From the NCBI RefSeq assembly GCF_009914755.1, contig NC_060944.1: a DNA stretch of 64,000 bases; one strand, 5' to 3'. Of the stretch, positions 1 to 12,874 are shown in pieces (the stretch's first letter is position 1; each line of letters begins with the position of its first letter). The notes under the pieces were generated by a model. That model had not been told where the DNA came from. It did no database searches and saw only the letters and a program-made list of their open reading frames with translations. Position numbers and translations under genes: made by a program. Source of the DNA: the human T2T-CHM13v2.0 reference genome, Homo sapiens.

Positions 1-304
1 ATCCTGAGAAATTTTCTCTCATTGTTTTGAGAATTTCAGGCTATATGTTTAAGATTCTTGCAGCTTCATTCAGGTTTACTTAATAATTTTTTCACATACG
101 AAGACATTTATAAGAGAAAAAAACCCTTCATAATTATATCATCCAGATATATCAACTGTTATCATTTCTCTGTAATCGTCTCTTATAAGCCATGTCTGTG
201 GTTTTTAAATAATTTAAATCACTTGATGTTTAGTGCTATATTTTGCTTTTATCTCATTACGTGTTACGTATTTTTTTTACATATCGCAGAGCATTAGTAA
301 CCAT

Positions 305-356
305 TTAAAGGCTTATTTTACTCCATTGAGTTAAAGGCTTAATTTATTCCATTGAG
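305..356. repeat. 26-bp tandem duplication (2 copies)
   Basis: ttaaaggcttattttactccattgag (305-330) is followed by ttaaaggcttaatttattccattgag (331-356), 2 mismatches. Confidence 0.9.
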
Positions 357-564
357 TTGTCAAAACTTTTTTTACCTAGAAAAAAAAGATTCTGGAGAGA
401 CAATCACATTCTTACATGTAGCTTGACAAACCACCCACACCTTTCCCTGCTAAGCCCGATGAGTTTACAGCCAACTAAGAAACCATAGGTATTAGACAGA
501 TAGAAATTTAAAAATACTAACTTTACAACTTATAAAATTAAGTGAAGAAAAAACACTTTGTCTG

Positions 565-718
565 GTAGCCAGGGCGCACATGGGATCCCGCACTTAGAAG
601 AGACCAGCCCTTGGTTTAATGCTACTCCCTCAACACTTTCAAATTAGTCACCATTTTTGAAAAGGGAGCTCTGCATTTAACCGTGCACGGGGCTCTGCAG
701 ATTATGTAGCCAGTTCTG
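565..718 (+). mobile_element. MER45A-like hAT-Tip100 MITE
   Basis: Matches recalled MER45A: ccgcacttagaag...cttggtttaatgct...gcagattatgtagccagttctg. Confidence 0.7.
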
Positions 719-1029
719 CTAGTAGCCTTAGTCAGTATTTCTAGTGTTTCCTTTTAAGTCTGGACCTTGTAATGACCCCCCATGAAAAGGAATTTGCAGA
801 GCTGACCTTTGCTTTTCAGCTGAAATGGGATCACTCCCGCCCTTACATCAAGCCCCAATTTCAAGAACAGAGAGAGAAAAAAGGCCTCATCACTAACCTC
901 TAGATGTGTTTATCCCTTGGAGAGGGAGCTGTTGAAGAGGATCACTGTTCTTTCCCAAACATTTGAAAGGGCAGAGGCACTGCTTTATGAGCTAAGTTAT
1001 GACTTCCTAAAGAGGGAGGAACATGTTTT

Positions 1030-1270
1030 TCCTATGACTTCAAAAATGTGAAGGGCTGTCAGTGGAAAAGATCTCTGATTGATTCAGAACTATAACAGGT
1101 ATAAAACTCAGTCAGAAGAGTGAAAGTAAGAGGCAGGCTTATTTGGAGAGAATGTGAGATTAATCTATTTTAAAACGAGTATTACTGAAAAACTAGAATC
1201 TGATAACTTGAGATATAAAAATTTGTTATCATTGGAAATATTCAGCCACGAAATAACTGAATGCATATCT
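1030..1270 (+). mobile_element. L3/CR1 LINE 3' fragment
   Basis: cttcaaaaatgtgaagggctgtcagtggaa...gaggcaggcttatttgg...tcattggaaatattc resembles the L3 3' consensus; very diverged. Confidence 0.55.
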
Positions 1271-1609
1271 ACTGGGAAGAGGTCTTTAAATACAGAGTTG
1301 AAACTACTGCTTCAGGAGGAATAAATAAAACAACTTCCTCTGTAATTTATTTCGTTTTCCTTCTTCAAGGGATGCGTTATTAATCTATTGCTGTTCTTTT
1401 CTGTTCTTTTAATTTTTCAATACTCTTTCAATATTGAATACATCTCTAAGACTGTGCTTATATCCATACTCAACTGTCTTTCAAAAGTATATATGTATAT
1501 ATCACTTTTATTAAATATATAGTAAGAAGTTATTGTATGTTTCCTATTGCAAGCCACTGGACTGAAATTTAAATTATGTATATAACATCTTACTTGATTT
1601 TATCAGATA

Positions 1610-1750
1610 CTATCATTATCCCATTTTATAGAGCAAGAACCCAAGGCTTAGATAGGTTTACTGTCATGTTCATAGATACGCAGCTAGAAAGGCCCATAAT
1701 TTTATTCAAACTCCCACCCATCTGATTATAAAACTAGGATTCCTAAATAC
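1610..1750 (-). mobile_element. MIR SINE
   Basis: Antisense MIR core attatcccattttatagag...aggcttaga. Confidence 0.7.
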
Positions 1751-1934
1751 CACAATACAGTGTTTAACACATCCTAATATTTTTGCCCTATATTTATACA
1801 CACTCAAGGTATCAAACCTTTTGCCTTTTTCCCAGCAATCCGGCATACCTGTCATTAGAAAGTTCTGTAGTTAATATTACTATGGCAAAAAAAAAAAAAA
1901 GAAATGCCACATCTGACTGGTAATCATCATGGAA

Positions 1935-2030
1935 ATTCCATGAGATGGGTAGAGTTTATTATTCCCATCATGGATGAAGCAACAGAAATTTAGAAAGATT
2001 AAATAATTTGCCCAAGAACCCAGGACTACT
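1935..2030 (-). mobile_element. MIR SINE, interrupted by the L1 insertion and resuming near 2765
   Basis: ttattattcccatc...gatgaagcaacagaa...aaataatttgcccaag. Confidence 0.65.
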
Positions 2031-2350
2031 TTTTTATCAATTTTCAAGAATACAGTATATTACTATTAACTATAGTCACTATGTTGTACAATAGATCTCT
2101 TGAAGTTATTCCTAAGATTACTCCTAATTGCTAAGAGAGTAGTTTTTAGGTTTTCTCACCAAGAAAAATGACAAGTTTGTGAAGTAAGGTCTATGTTAAT
2201 TAACTTGATTGAGCCATTTTACAGTGTACGCATATATCAAAACATCATATTGCACAGGTAAATATATATAATTTTATTTCCCAATTTAAAAATAAGTAAC
2301 TAAATGAAACAAATAATTTTAAATAAACAAAAATAAAATTAATAAATATA
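2031..2350 (+). mobile_element. 5'-truncated L1MA (L1MA6-9 type) 3' end with 5' inversion
   Basis: 2031-2115 is the reverse complement of the L1MA 3'UTR segment taggaataa..caagagatctattgtacaacatagtgactatagttaa..gaaaattg. 2126-2295 is the next consensus segment in sense (aattgctaagagagtag...atcaaaacatcat). Degenerate A tail runs to about 2350. Confidence 0.85.
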
Positions 2351-4769
2351 GACTTTTAAATCATTTTGTATTATTGAAATTCATAGAAATTAAATATACA
2401 TAAAAAGCAACCACACTGTATTTTTTTGGAAAAAAAAATTTGTTTTTCATACAATTGTATGTTTGAGTAAGAAAAAAATCATTCAACTCCTATCTTTGAT
2501 TTATTATTTTTATTTGCATGGTTTACACTCTGTTCAAGCAAGGATTCCCTATCTGGACACCACAAGCTACCTATAAACTGATATTCGCTTTGTGAATGAA
2601 TTACACAAGAGAAAAATAAAGCTCAAAATCTGCTTGTCAAATCAAAACTCAAAAAGATAGTAAATGCTACTATTTAAATTTCTAGATATCAAACAACACA
2701 TAAGTTATGATTACCTGTATAACTTTTTAACATAATAAATGAAATTTAAACATTAAATTTAAAAAAGAACCCATGAATAGTGACTTGATAGAGAGGCAGG
2801 CACAGGAACAGACACCTTGAATTACACTAAGGAAAATACTAAGGCTTCAAATTAGGATGAAAGAACTGCAGAATTTGGCAGCAGCCATGATCCTTGAATC
2901 TTTCTTGCATCCTGGCTTCCTTTGTCACTTTTGTGATCTCAGTGACTTGTCATTTTTGCTCCTTGGTTTTCCATCTCAGACACTGAGCTGACTCATAATC
3001 CCCCAGGGCAGCAGTATGGAACCAGAACAACCCTGTCCCAGACAGTTCAGTTGTGTTTTATCAATGTCTCACTCATACGACCCACTTTCTTCCTCATTGT
3101 CATGGCCACAGTCCTATGTACCTTTGCTGAGATGGTGTTCAAAGAAATTTCACAGCTTCACTTTGTTCTCAGGTACATATGAATGTTCAGGGGCCGTCCC
3201 TTGCCTTCATTCTGCATTTCAGTATTAAGAGTATCTTTCTTACTGAAATAATAACAGAAGTTTTTCTTTTTGCTTTTCTAACTTCACTGAACTATACCAT
3301 ATTGAGTCTTTGGATTAAAAAATATTGCCTCTGCCTTCTTTCCATGATATTGCATAGTATAAAAGAGATTCCTTAATTTATGCTTGAGTTTATCACTAAA
3401 CAGATGATTATTTTAAATTAACACTTTTTATTTCTTTACTTGTGCTTCAGGAAAATGCCACAGAGAATTATTTAAGACTGTTGGGCTTGGCGTACCATTC
3501 GTGTTCTTCGGGTTAATGACCAGTTTCCTCAAACTACAAAATGCTAACATTTCACTGTTTCATCATAGAATGCACAGGCTTTATATTGATGCAGAGAAGG
3601 GCTTTCACAGCCCCAGAATGAAGCTAATTGTACTATTTATTATACTATTTATACTTGCTGCACCTCCTTCCATTCAAGGAGAGAGAACCTTTTAAGAGCC
3701 CTGTCAAAACTGCAGGTGTGCCAGAGGCTCCTGCTAACAGCAGGGGCAGGCTTTATAGCATTTCCTCAAGACTGCTTCGGATCACTTTTCAGTGTGTAAA
3801 ACCGGATTTTCATTAATGGCACTAATGACACGCTAATGGGGACAGGGCAGCACACCCAATGCCAGAGGCAGAGCAAGCCAGGCTGAAAAGTGGCCAGCCC
3901 AAGCTGCTGTAAGATGAAATGCTGCAGGGTGTTGATACATTGCATTTCTTCTCAAATACCAGGCAGGCCCAGGGCCTACTTGTTAAATGGGTTGCCTTTG
4001 AGGCTGAGCAGAAGTGGATCTAGTTACAGTTTTTCACGTAAGGACAAAACAAGAAGACAGAAAAAGCTCAGGCTTCAGACATTTGCAAGCTGCAGCTGTT
4101 TTTCATGGCAGGAGATTCTGAAGACTTATGAGCTGACACATTACCCTCGACATTACCATGCATTGACCTCTCTGCTCCTTCTTCTCCCTGGAGTGGTGTT
4201 CAAGGCTACTGTTTGACACAAGGGCCACCAAAGACCATATCAAAGCAGTGGCCCCATCACAACTCATCACTTTTAAAACACATACAATCTGCTCTAGGTG
4301 GAAATGTGGAGGAGCAAATCCAGTGTTCTGGCCTTTCCTCCAGGGAGGGAGCTCAGGTGGACGGTAGTCCCTGATTTCTAAAGCAGCTCTTCATGGTAGG
4401 TCAGTGTAATTTTTAAACAAATGGTGTAAGGGCAAGGGAGGCTACAGAAGGTTGATGGAGATGGATTATTTTGACTTCCTTCTCCTTGTGTGATCCATCA
4501 GCACGGAAAAGGCTTACTGTGCATTATTCTTACCTTTCTTTGATCTTTTTTAGGGAATGCTGGGAGAAATGTTGGCCTTTCCGGTTTGCTTGAGTATTTG
4601 TAATATTAAAAGCAATGAACAGGCTGCTTTTCAGAGAGGATGGTCAGTCACAGAACCAGGAATGCATCTTAACAATCAGGTCTATAGGCATAGCAAAAGC
4701 AAGTTGCCTACAACACCTCTTCCTCTCTCTTTACTGAAGCACAAGATATTGGCATCCTAGGAAAAACTC

Positions 4770-4905
4770 ATTGTCATTCCTGTTCTAATTTTACAGACAA
4801 AGGTGAAAGATGCAGAGGGAAGTTGAATAACTTGTCCAGAATTACATAGAAGTTTGCGAATGAGCCAGAACTAGGAACCTGGTCTTTTAACTTTCCATCC
4901 ACTAC
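4770..4905 (-). mobile_element. MIR SINE
   Basis: attttacagacaaagg...aataacttgtccaga...gagccagaactaggaacctgg. Confidence 0.7.
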
Positions 4906-5799
4906 TGTTCTCTGCTTTGTATTGCTTCTCAAGAAAATCTCCTTTAAATTGTGGCTGTGCAAGTTGTGCCGCCACAAGAGCCTCTTTGGTAGGGCAGCAG
5001 TTGCAGAGTCAGCCTCCTGGTCAGTAGCTGATAGTTCTGCTTCTGTCGTATTTGACATAGTTGCATTCCCTTGGATGTCATAGCTGTCTCCTATGCAGGG
5101 CCCAAGCAAAAGGGCAGGACCATTGTTAATTCTCTTGGTCATTTTTCACTGAGACCCATGGAGCTTCCAACAGGAACTTTCCTTCTAATGTTCCGTTCTG
5201 GAAAATTGGGATTTTCTTCCATTTTATTTCTCCAGCTGGATAATCCCTCCAAGTTTTACACTGTGAATTTTTCATCAAAGTAATTTTCTCACGTCCATAT
5301 TTGTAGCATTAAATTACCAAGAATTCTTTGCAATTCATGTGTACATAGTAGCCATTTTTATGTCAGTACAAAGGATTACTATGCTGAAATACACATAATG
5401 AAGCAATGGGAGTTAGCCATTTCAGCATTCTTTTTTTTTTCCCTCTTTATCTAGATTTTGGTTTGGCTGGCACAGAAGTATGACCACAAGATGGACCTAA
5501 AATATGCACATTTGTAAGATTTTCCCCCATGGTAAGTAAATAGTTGGCTCTCTGTGCCAGTGCACTGACATAAAGCTATTTTGAATATTCTTGTTAAGGC
5601 TGGTGGAATTAGGTTGTGATAGTAAAGAATTTAATGTATCTTGAAGGGCCAGGATAAAATAATTGAAGAAACAAAAGCATGAGTTAGTAATCACTGGAGA
5701 AAGAAGAATGGACTTAAAGGCTACTTTGCTTGCTTCTTTGGCTTGAGATGATAAAATGAAATAATAAGAAAGGAAATACTCTGTGTAATATGGCAAGTT

Positions 5800-5960
5800 T
5801 TATATATATATGTATATGTGTGTATATATATACACATGTGTATATATACATGTTATATGTGTGTGTGTATGTATATATACACACATACACACACATATAT
5901 GAAACTTGTCTTATTCCACAGGAGATACATATGTATATATACACACACACACAAATATAT
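5800..5960. repeat. (TA)n/(TG)n/(CA)n compound microsatellite
   Basis: Alternating purine-pyrimidine tract seen directly. Confidence 0.95.
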
Positions 5961-6084
5961 TTAAATTATATTTTAAATAAATGTAAACATTGTAAGTTGT
6001 TTTATTCTTGAGTCAAATGATTAGCCTTCCCATAATTGACATCCTGAATTCAAAATCAGCAAGAGAATACAAATTCTCATAGTA

Positions 6085-6540
6085 CAGTCTATTGGTTAGT
6101 TATTGCCACAATAATGTTGCATACAACCACAAAATCTCAATAGCATGCATTTATTTCTCATGCATCTGTGGGATTCCATTGATCTGGGCCTGACTTGCTC
6201 ATACATTCACAGTTCAGCTGGCTTACTTATACACGTCTAGGTTGGCTCTGTTCCACGTTATTGCTCATCCTCTTCCTGGGACCAGTAGGTTAAGCTGAGT
6301 ATGTCTTTTCATTACAATGACAGAGGTACAAGAACTAGTGGAAACACACAAATGCTTTTTTAAGCTTCTGCTTATATCAAGTCAGCATTTATCACAAAGC
6401 AAATCACATGGCCAAGACCAGTTTCAAGGGATGGGGCAGGTCACTCTGTCCACGTGGGAGGGACCTGAAAATTTACTTAGCAAAGGGCATAAATACAGGA
6501 AGAGATACAGATCTGGATCAACTACTGAAATTTACCATAT
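6085..6540 (-). mobile_element. MLT1 (G/H type) MaLR solo LTR
   Basis: ttattgccacaataatgttgcat...aagcaaatcacatggccaag...gcaaagggcataaatacagg. Confidence 0.7.
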
Positions 6541-7175
6541 AGACACACCATTGAAATCATTAGTAGAAGCAATGGATTAACTGACTATAAAGCAATCTGA
6601 CTGGATTTTAATAATACAGGACCTAGTGGAAAACACTGGAAGAAGAATAAGCAGTATAACAATATCATCTATAAAAATTTAAAATGTACAAACTCAGTAA
6701 CACATTCAAATAAAAGTACCCCAACTGAGCCTACTAAAATGGTTGACTGTGGGGAAAAGAGAAACATATCTGTAGTGTAGTATATGGATATACTTCTGGA
6801 TATATACAGAAATATATTCTTGTTAAATGTTAAATGCAGTTCCTGCCATAGCTTCCTTTTCCATGGATAGGAAGGGAGTTATGGAAGGAGCTGCATTTAA
6901 CATTTAACAAGGAACTGCATTTTTAAAAAAAGTCATTGGTATATACTCTGACCACTAGAGACATATTTGCAATCATGATCAACAGACCATTCATCAATTC
7001 TGATTTTAGGCCAATAAATGAGGTAGTCTTCCTTAGGGCTAAGTGATGGTCTTCAGGTTACAAAATCTCCCCTTCTCATAGTTATTTTCTCAAAAGGCTC
7101 AACAAAGCCACTTGGCCCTAACAAATACACATACTTGTGCCCTATTATCAGAAATTCTAAATGAGTAGTACTGAG

Positions 7176-7605
7176 TATGATGGTTAATTCTATGTGGCAA
7201 CTTGACTGGCCAAGGGGTGTCTGGATGAAACATTATTTCTAAGTGTGTCTGTGAGGGTATTTCTAGACGAGATTAGCATTTGAAGCAGCGGACTCAGTAA
7301 AGTGGATTGTCCTCTCCAGTGTGTTTGGGAATCATCCAGTCTTTTGAGGGCCTGAAACCAACCAAAGGTGGAGAAAGGAGGAATTCACCCAGTTTGTCTT
7401 TCCTCACTGCTGAGCTGTGATGTCTCATTTCATCTCATCTTCTCTGGCTTTCCAGGTGGGATTCACACCATCTGCTCCCCGGTTCTCTGATCCAATCTGT
7501 ATTCATCACCAGATTTCCTGGGTTTCTAACTTACAGACAACAAATTGTGAGACTTCTCAGCCTCCATAATCACATGAACCACCTTCTCTTAATAAATATA
7601 TGTAT
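7176..7605 (+). mobile_element. MLT2B-type ERVL LTR
   Basis: Starts tatgatggttaattctatgtggcaacttgactgg; contains gtgtgtctgtgagggtatttc and tctcagcctccataatcacatga. Confidence 0.85.
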
Positions 7606-7610
7606 TTATG

Positions 7611-7987
<377 letters not shown>

Positions 7988-8439
7988 CTATTTTTATAAA
8001 ACTTTCTCCTTAAGAATTTTGATATATTTCAAAAGTCAAGAACTCTTGACCCAAACATGCTGTCGTCACAAAGACACAAGTTAATTTGTAAGAGAAAAGG
8101 TACATTTTGTCAGTCCCATTTTCTATTTCCACGCTTTTTCACACCCTTCCAATTGGCTAGGTGCTTCCATCCCTGAGAGTTATTATCTCCTTTTGCTAGT
8201 TCTTCCCATTTCCCTCTTGACCTAAGGTTTAGTTAACTTGTTTCTGCTTACTTGCTTTTCTAGAGGATTAGGCAAAGTTATTTATAACAAGAAACAGAGT
8301 GGAAATATTGTTCTCTTGTCATAGAGAACAAAATAAAAGACTCATAGCCTTTCTAGTTGCATATAACATTGATCACTTTATACCTTTCAAAGCACTTCCA
8401 TGTTCTGCACTTTATCCCTTGTATTCACAAACAGATATG

Positions 8440-8545
8440 ATAGCATAGTGGCCTGGTAAGATAGTTCAGCTCTTCATCTAGAGAGCTAGGTTGCAGCCCT
8501 GGCTTTGCCAATGACCAGCTAGGTGACTTGGAACAAGTACAGTGG
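8440..8545 (+). mobile_element. MIR SINE 5' fragment
   Basis: agcatagtgg...ccctggctttgcca...gtgacttggaacaagt. Confidence 0.55.
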
Positions 8546-8693
8546 TTCATGACTTGCCCTGCCCATGAATAGCCACTAATAGATACACAGCCAGTCCTGC
8601 TCTAAGTCTTGTTTTGGAAACATAAATTTGTGTCAGTGATATTGATAGACTATGGAAGAATCTGAGCATAACATGAATTGTGTGTTTGCATAT

Positions 8694-10994
8694 TATGGTA
8701 GTTCATTTTCACACTGCTGATAAAGACATACTCGAGACTGGACAATTTACAAAGTAAAAAGGTTTAATTGGACTCACAGTTCCACGTGGCTGGGGAGGTC
8801 TCACAATCACGGTGGAAGGCAAGGAGGAACAAGTCACGTCTTACATGGATGGCAGCAGGCAAAAAAAGAGCTTGTGAAGAGAACTCCCATTTTCAAAACC
8901 ATCAAATCTCATGAGATGCATTCACCACCACAAGAACAGCACAGAAAAAGACCAGCCCCAATGATTCAATCATCTCCCACTGGGTCCCTCCCACAACACA
9001 TGGGAAGCAGGGGAGCTACAAGATGAGATTTGGGTGGGGACACAGAGCCAAGTCATATCATTCTGCCTCTGGCTCCTCCCAAATCTCATGTTTTCACATT
9101 TCAAAACCAATCATGCTTTCCCAATAGTCCCCCAAAGTCTTAACTCATTACAGCATTAACTCAAAAGTCCACAGTCCAAAGTCTCATCTGAGATAAGGTA
9201 ATTCCCTTCCACCTATGAGCCTGTAAAATCGAAAGCAAGTTAGTTACTTCCTAGATACAATGGGGGTACAGGCATTGGGTAAATACAGCCATTCCAAATG
9301 GGAGAAATTGGCCAAAACAGAGGGCCACAGGCCCCATGCAAGTCCAAAATCCAGCAGTCAAATCTTGGAGCTCCAAATGATCTCCTTTGATTCCATGTCT
9401 CACATCTAGGTCACGCTAATGCAAGAGATGGGTTCCCATGGTCTTGTGCAGTTCTGCCCCTGTGGCATTGCAGGGTACAGCCTCCCTCCCAGCTGCTTTC
9501 ACAGGCTGGCATTGAGTGTTGATGGCTGTTCCAGGTGCACGGTGCAAGCTGCCGATGGATCTACCATTCTGGGGTCTGGGTTTGGAGGACGGTAGCCCTC
9601 TTCTCACAGCTCCACTAGGTGGTGCCCATTAGGGACTCTGTGTGGTGGCTCTGATCCCACATTTCCCTTCCTCATTGCCTTACCAGAAGTTCCCCATGAG
9701 GGCTCTGCCCCTGCAGCAAACTTCTGCCTGGGCATCCAGGCGTTTCCATGCATCATCCAAAATCTAGGCAGAGGTAACCAAACCTCAGTTCTTGACTTTT
9801 GTGCACCCGAAGGCTCAACACCATGTGGAACCTACCAAGACTTGGGGCTTGCACCCTCTGAAGCAATAGCCCAAGCTGTACTTTGGCCCCTTTTATTCAT
9901 GACTAGAGTGGCTAGGATTCAGGGCACCAAGTCTCTAGTCTGCACACAGTGGAGGGACCATGGGCCTGACCCAATATTTAAGACGTTTATTCCTCCTAAA
10001 CCTCCTGGCCTGTGAAGGGAGGGGTTGTCACAAAGGTCTCTGACACACGCTGGAGACATTTTCCCTATTGTCTTGGTGATTAACATTCAGCTCCTCATTA
10101 CTTTTGCAAATTTCTGCAGCTGGCTTGAATTTCTCCTCAGAAAATGGAATTTTCTCTTCTATCTCATTGTCAGGCTGCAAATTTTCCAAACTTTTATGCT
10201 CTGTTTTCCTTTAAAACTGAATGACTTTAACAGCACCCAAGTCACCTCTTGAAAGCTTTGCTGCTTTGAAATTTCTTCCACCAGGTACTGTAAATCATCT
10301 CTCTCAAGTTCGAAGTTCCACAAATCTCTAGGGCAGAGGCAAAATGCAACCAGTATCTGCTAAAACATAACAAGTTCCTCATTTCCCAACAAGTTCCTCA
10401 TTTCCATCTGAGGCCACCTCAGCCTGGACTTTATTGTCCATATTACTATTAGCATTTTGGGCAAAGCCATTCAAGAAGTTTCTAGGCAGTTCCAAACTTC
10501 TCACATTTTTCTGTCTTCTTGTGAGCCCCCCAAACTGTTCTAATCCCTGCCTGTTACCAAGTTCCAGAGTCGTTTCCACATTTTCAGGTATCTACAGTAG
10601 TGCCCCACTCTACTGGTAACAATTTACTATATTAGTCCATTTTCATGCTGCTGATAAAGGCATACCCAAGGCTGAGCAGTTTACAAAAGAAAGAGGTTTA
10701 ATTGGACTCACAGTTCCATGTGGCTGAGGAGGCCTCACAATCATGGCAGAAGGTAAGGAGGAACAAGTCATGTCTTACACGGATGGCAGCAGGCAAAAAA
10801 AGAGCTTGTGTGGGGAAACTCCCATTTTCAAAACCATGAGATCTCATGAGACCCATTTACCACTGTAAGAACAGCACAGAAAAATACCCACCCCTATGAT
10901 TCAATCATCTCCCACTCAGCCACTCCCACAACACATGGGAATCATGGGAGCTACACGATGAGATTTGGGTGGGGACACAAAGGCAAAGATTTCA
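8694..10994 (-). mobile_element. Complete THE1 (THE1B-like) MaLR provirus, LTR-int-LTR
   Basis: Two ~367-bp direct LTRs (8694-9060, 10628-10994) around a ~1.57-kb THE1 internal region. Perfect 5-bp TSD CATAT at 8689-8693 and 10995-10999. Confidence 0.95.
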
Positions 10995-12874
10995 CATATG
11001 CAAGATTTCATCCTTGAGAACACTATATGCATACAGAAAACTGCACTCAGTCGAAATGAACTATGTAACTGTCCACAAAATGCACACAAGCAGACACCTC
11101 AAATATCTACTGGCTACTTCAGCTCACTAGGAGCCACAACTATACATATCCAGTGTTACAACTTTCTGATTTCAAGTAAGCCTCTCTCCACCCTTCACAG
11201 TCACTCACAAGAGCAACCTTTCTAACATCCCCATCCACAGGCAAGCTTCAGGTCTTTTTTAAAGCAGGACACCATAATTATTGTAATATTTAAGTGACAT
11301 AAGTCTGTATTTCTAGACCTTTGGGACCCATTTGACATCTCACCCTGCAAAGGCTTCCAAAATAGCCTAATTCTGAGAGTGCTTTTCTGAGCTTCAGCGG
11401 AAGCATGGGAGAACACTGCCCACCTTCCCGCATTTTTGTCTCCTGCATCTTTCAGTTATTCACTCTTTAGGAATGTGCCAAGGTGAAATCCATGTTGAAT
11501 TCAATATAAGCCTTCAGTCTCACCCATTTTTGAAACAGAAGCAGTCTCTGAAGAATGGTCTAGCACAATTTTCAAATTGTTTAGATGTGATTCTTTGTAA
11601 AATGAAGGAAGAAGGAAACATGAACTCTAAAATTTTCCAATTTGGGGTCACAACTGGTCCCACTCTAGTCACTTGGGATTTAGTATTCATATTCAAAATG
11701 CTGAGACTTAAAGTTTTTTTTTTTTTTTGAACATTTCATTAGCACTGGAGTCACACCCCAGTGTACTCCATAAGGTAACAAAAGAAAATAAAAGCAAAAA
11801 TCTTTATCCCGTGTTATTGTTTAGTGAGTCAGTCACACACAACAAAGGCAGTAAATCTCCACAGCTAAAAGGAGCTTAATGGTTGAAACATCCTCAGGGG
11901 ATATGAGAAGCAGCAAAATAATAATTGCAAAGAATAACACATGATGCCTGCGATTACTAATGTTTAGTTTCTGAAGATCGCTATAGTATAATATTTGAAA
12001 GTGAATTACTGTATTAATCCTCACTAGAAGCTCCAAAGAGGAGTATTTTCAGTTTTAATACAGACTTACACCATGACTAAAGGTTCTTTTAATCTTTGTT
12101 CCCTATCTCTGTCTTTCCGTAAAATGGTCCATCTAAATTTTCTTACCTTCCTAAAGTGGAATGAGGATTATCTATTAAATAGTTTCAAAGCCCCTGGGAA
12201 ATGTGAATTGTGGCGCTATGACTGCATGACAGTAGATGGAGCCGCGAAGACATGAGGAATTGGCTGATTCACTGGGGAGAGAGGACAAGTGTCAGTGAGT
12301 ATAGGAAACCTTCATTCGTTGATCCCAAGGGATCACAGAGTGCCCCACGGTCCATTCATGGGCACTGCACAAAGAAACAGAAAGAAACCTGCATGTCCTC
12401 TTCATGCTCACAATGGAAACAAACCTCACCTCTTCCCTCACTCTCTTCATGTTCCCCAAGTTATAAAGTTATAAGTAAAATAATATCAAACACTATTTTT
12501 TATTCCATTTTTATACAGGCATTTATACCTTATTTAGCTTTTTATATTGAAAAAAAAGTAGCAAAAAGTTGCAAAAAAATTACAATAAACTTTACAATAC
12601 CTGTCACCCATATTCCTCAGTCATTGACATTCTGCTGTTTCCTCTCTCTCTCTAAATAGATCTACATCTCTATCTGTATGCATGTACCTACATATAAATA
12701 TATTTATGCATTTGTACTTGAAATTATTAATACTGACGAAACTTTTGAGATTGTTTCAGACATCATAACTCTTAATTTCTAATTACTTCACTGTGTATCT
12801 TCCAAGAATATGAAAATTTTCTTACATAACCACAAAACAAAAGTAAATTGGAGAAATTTAATATTGATGGAATA

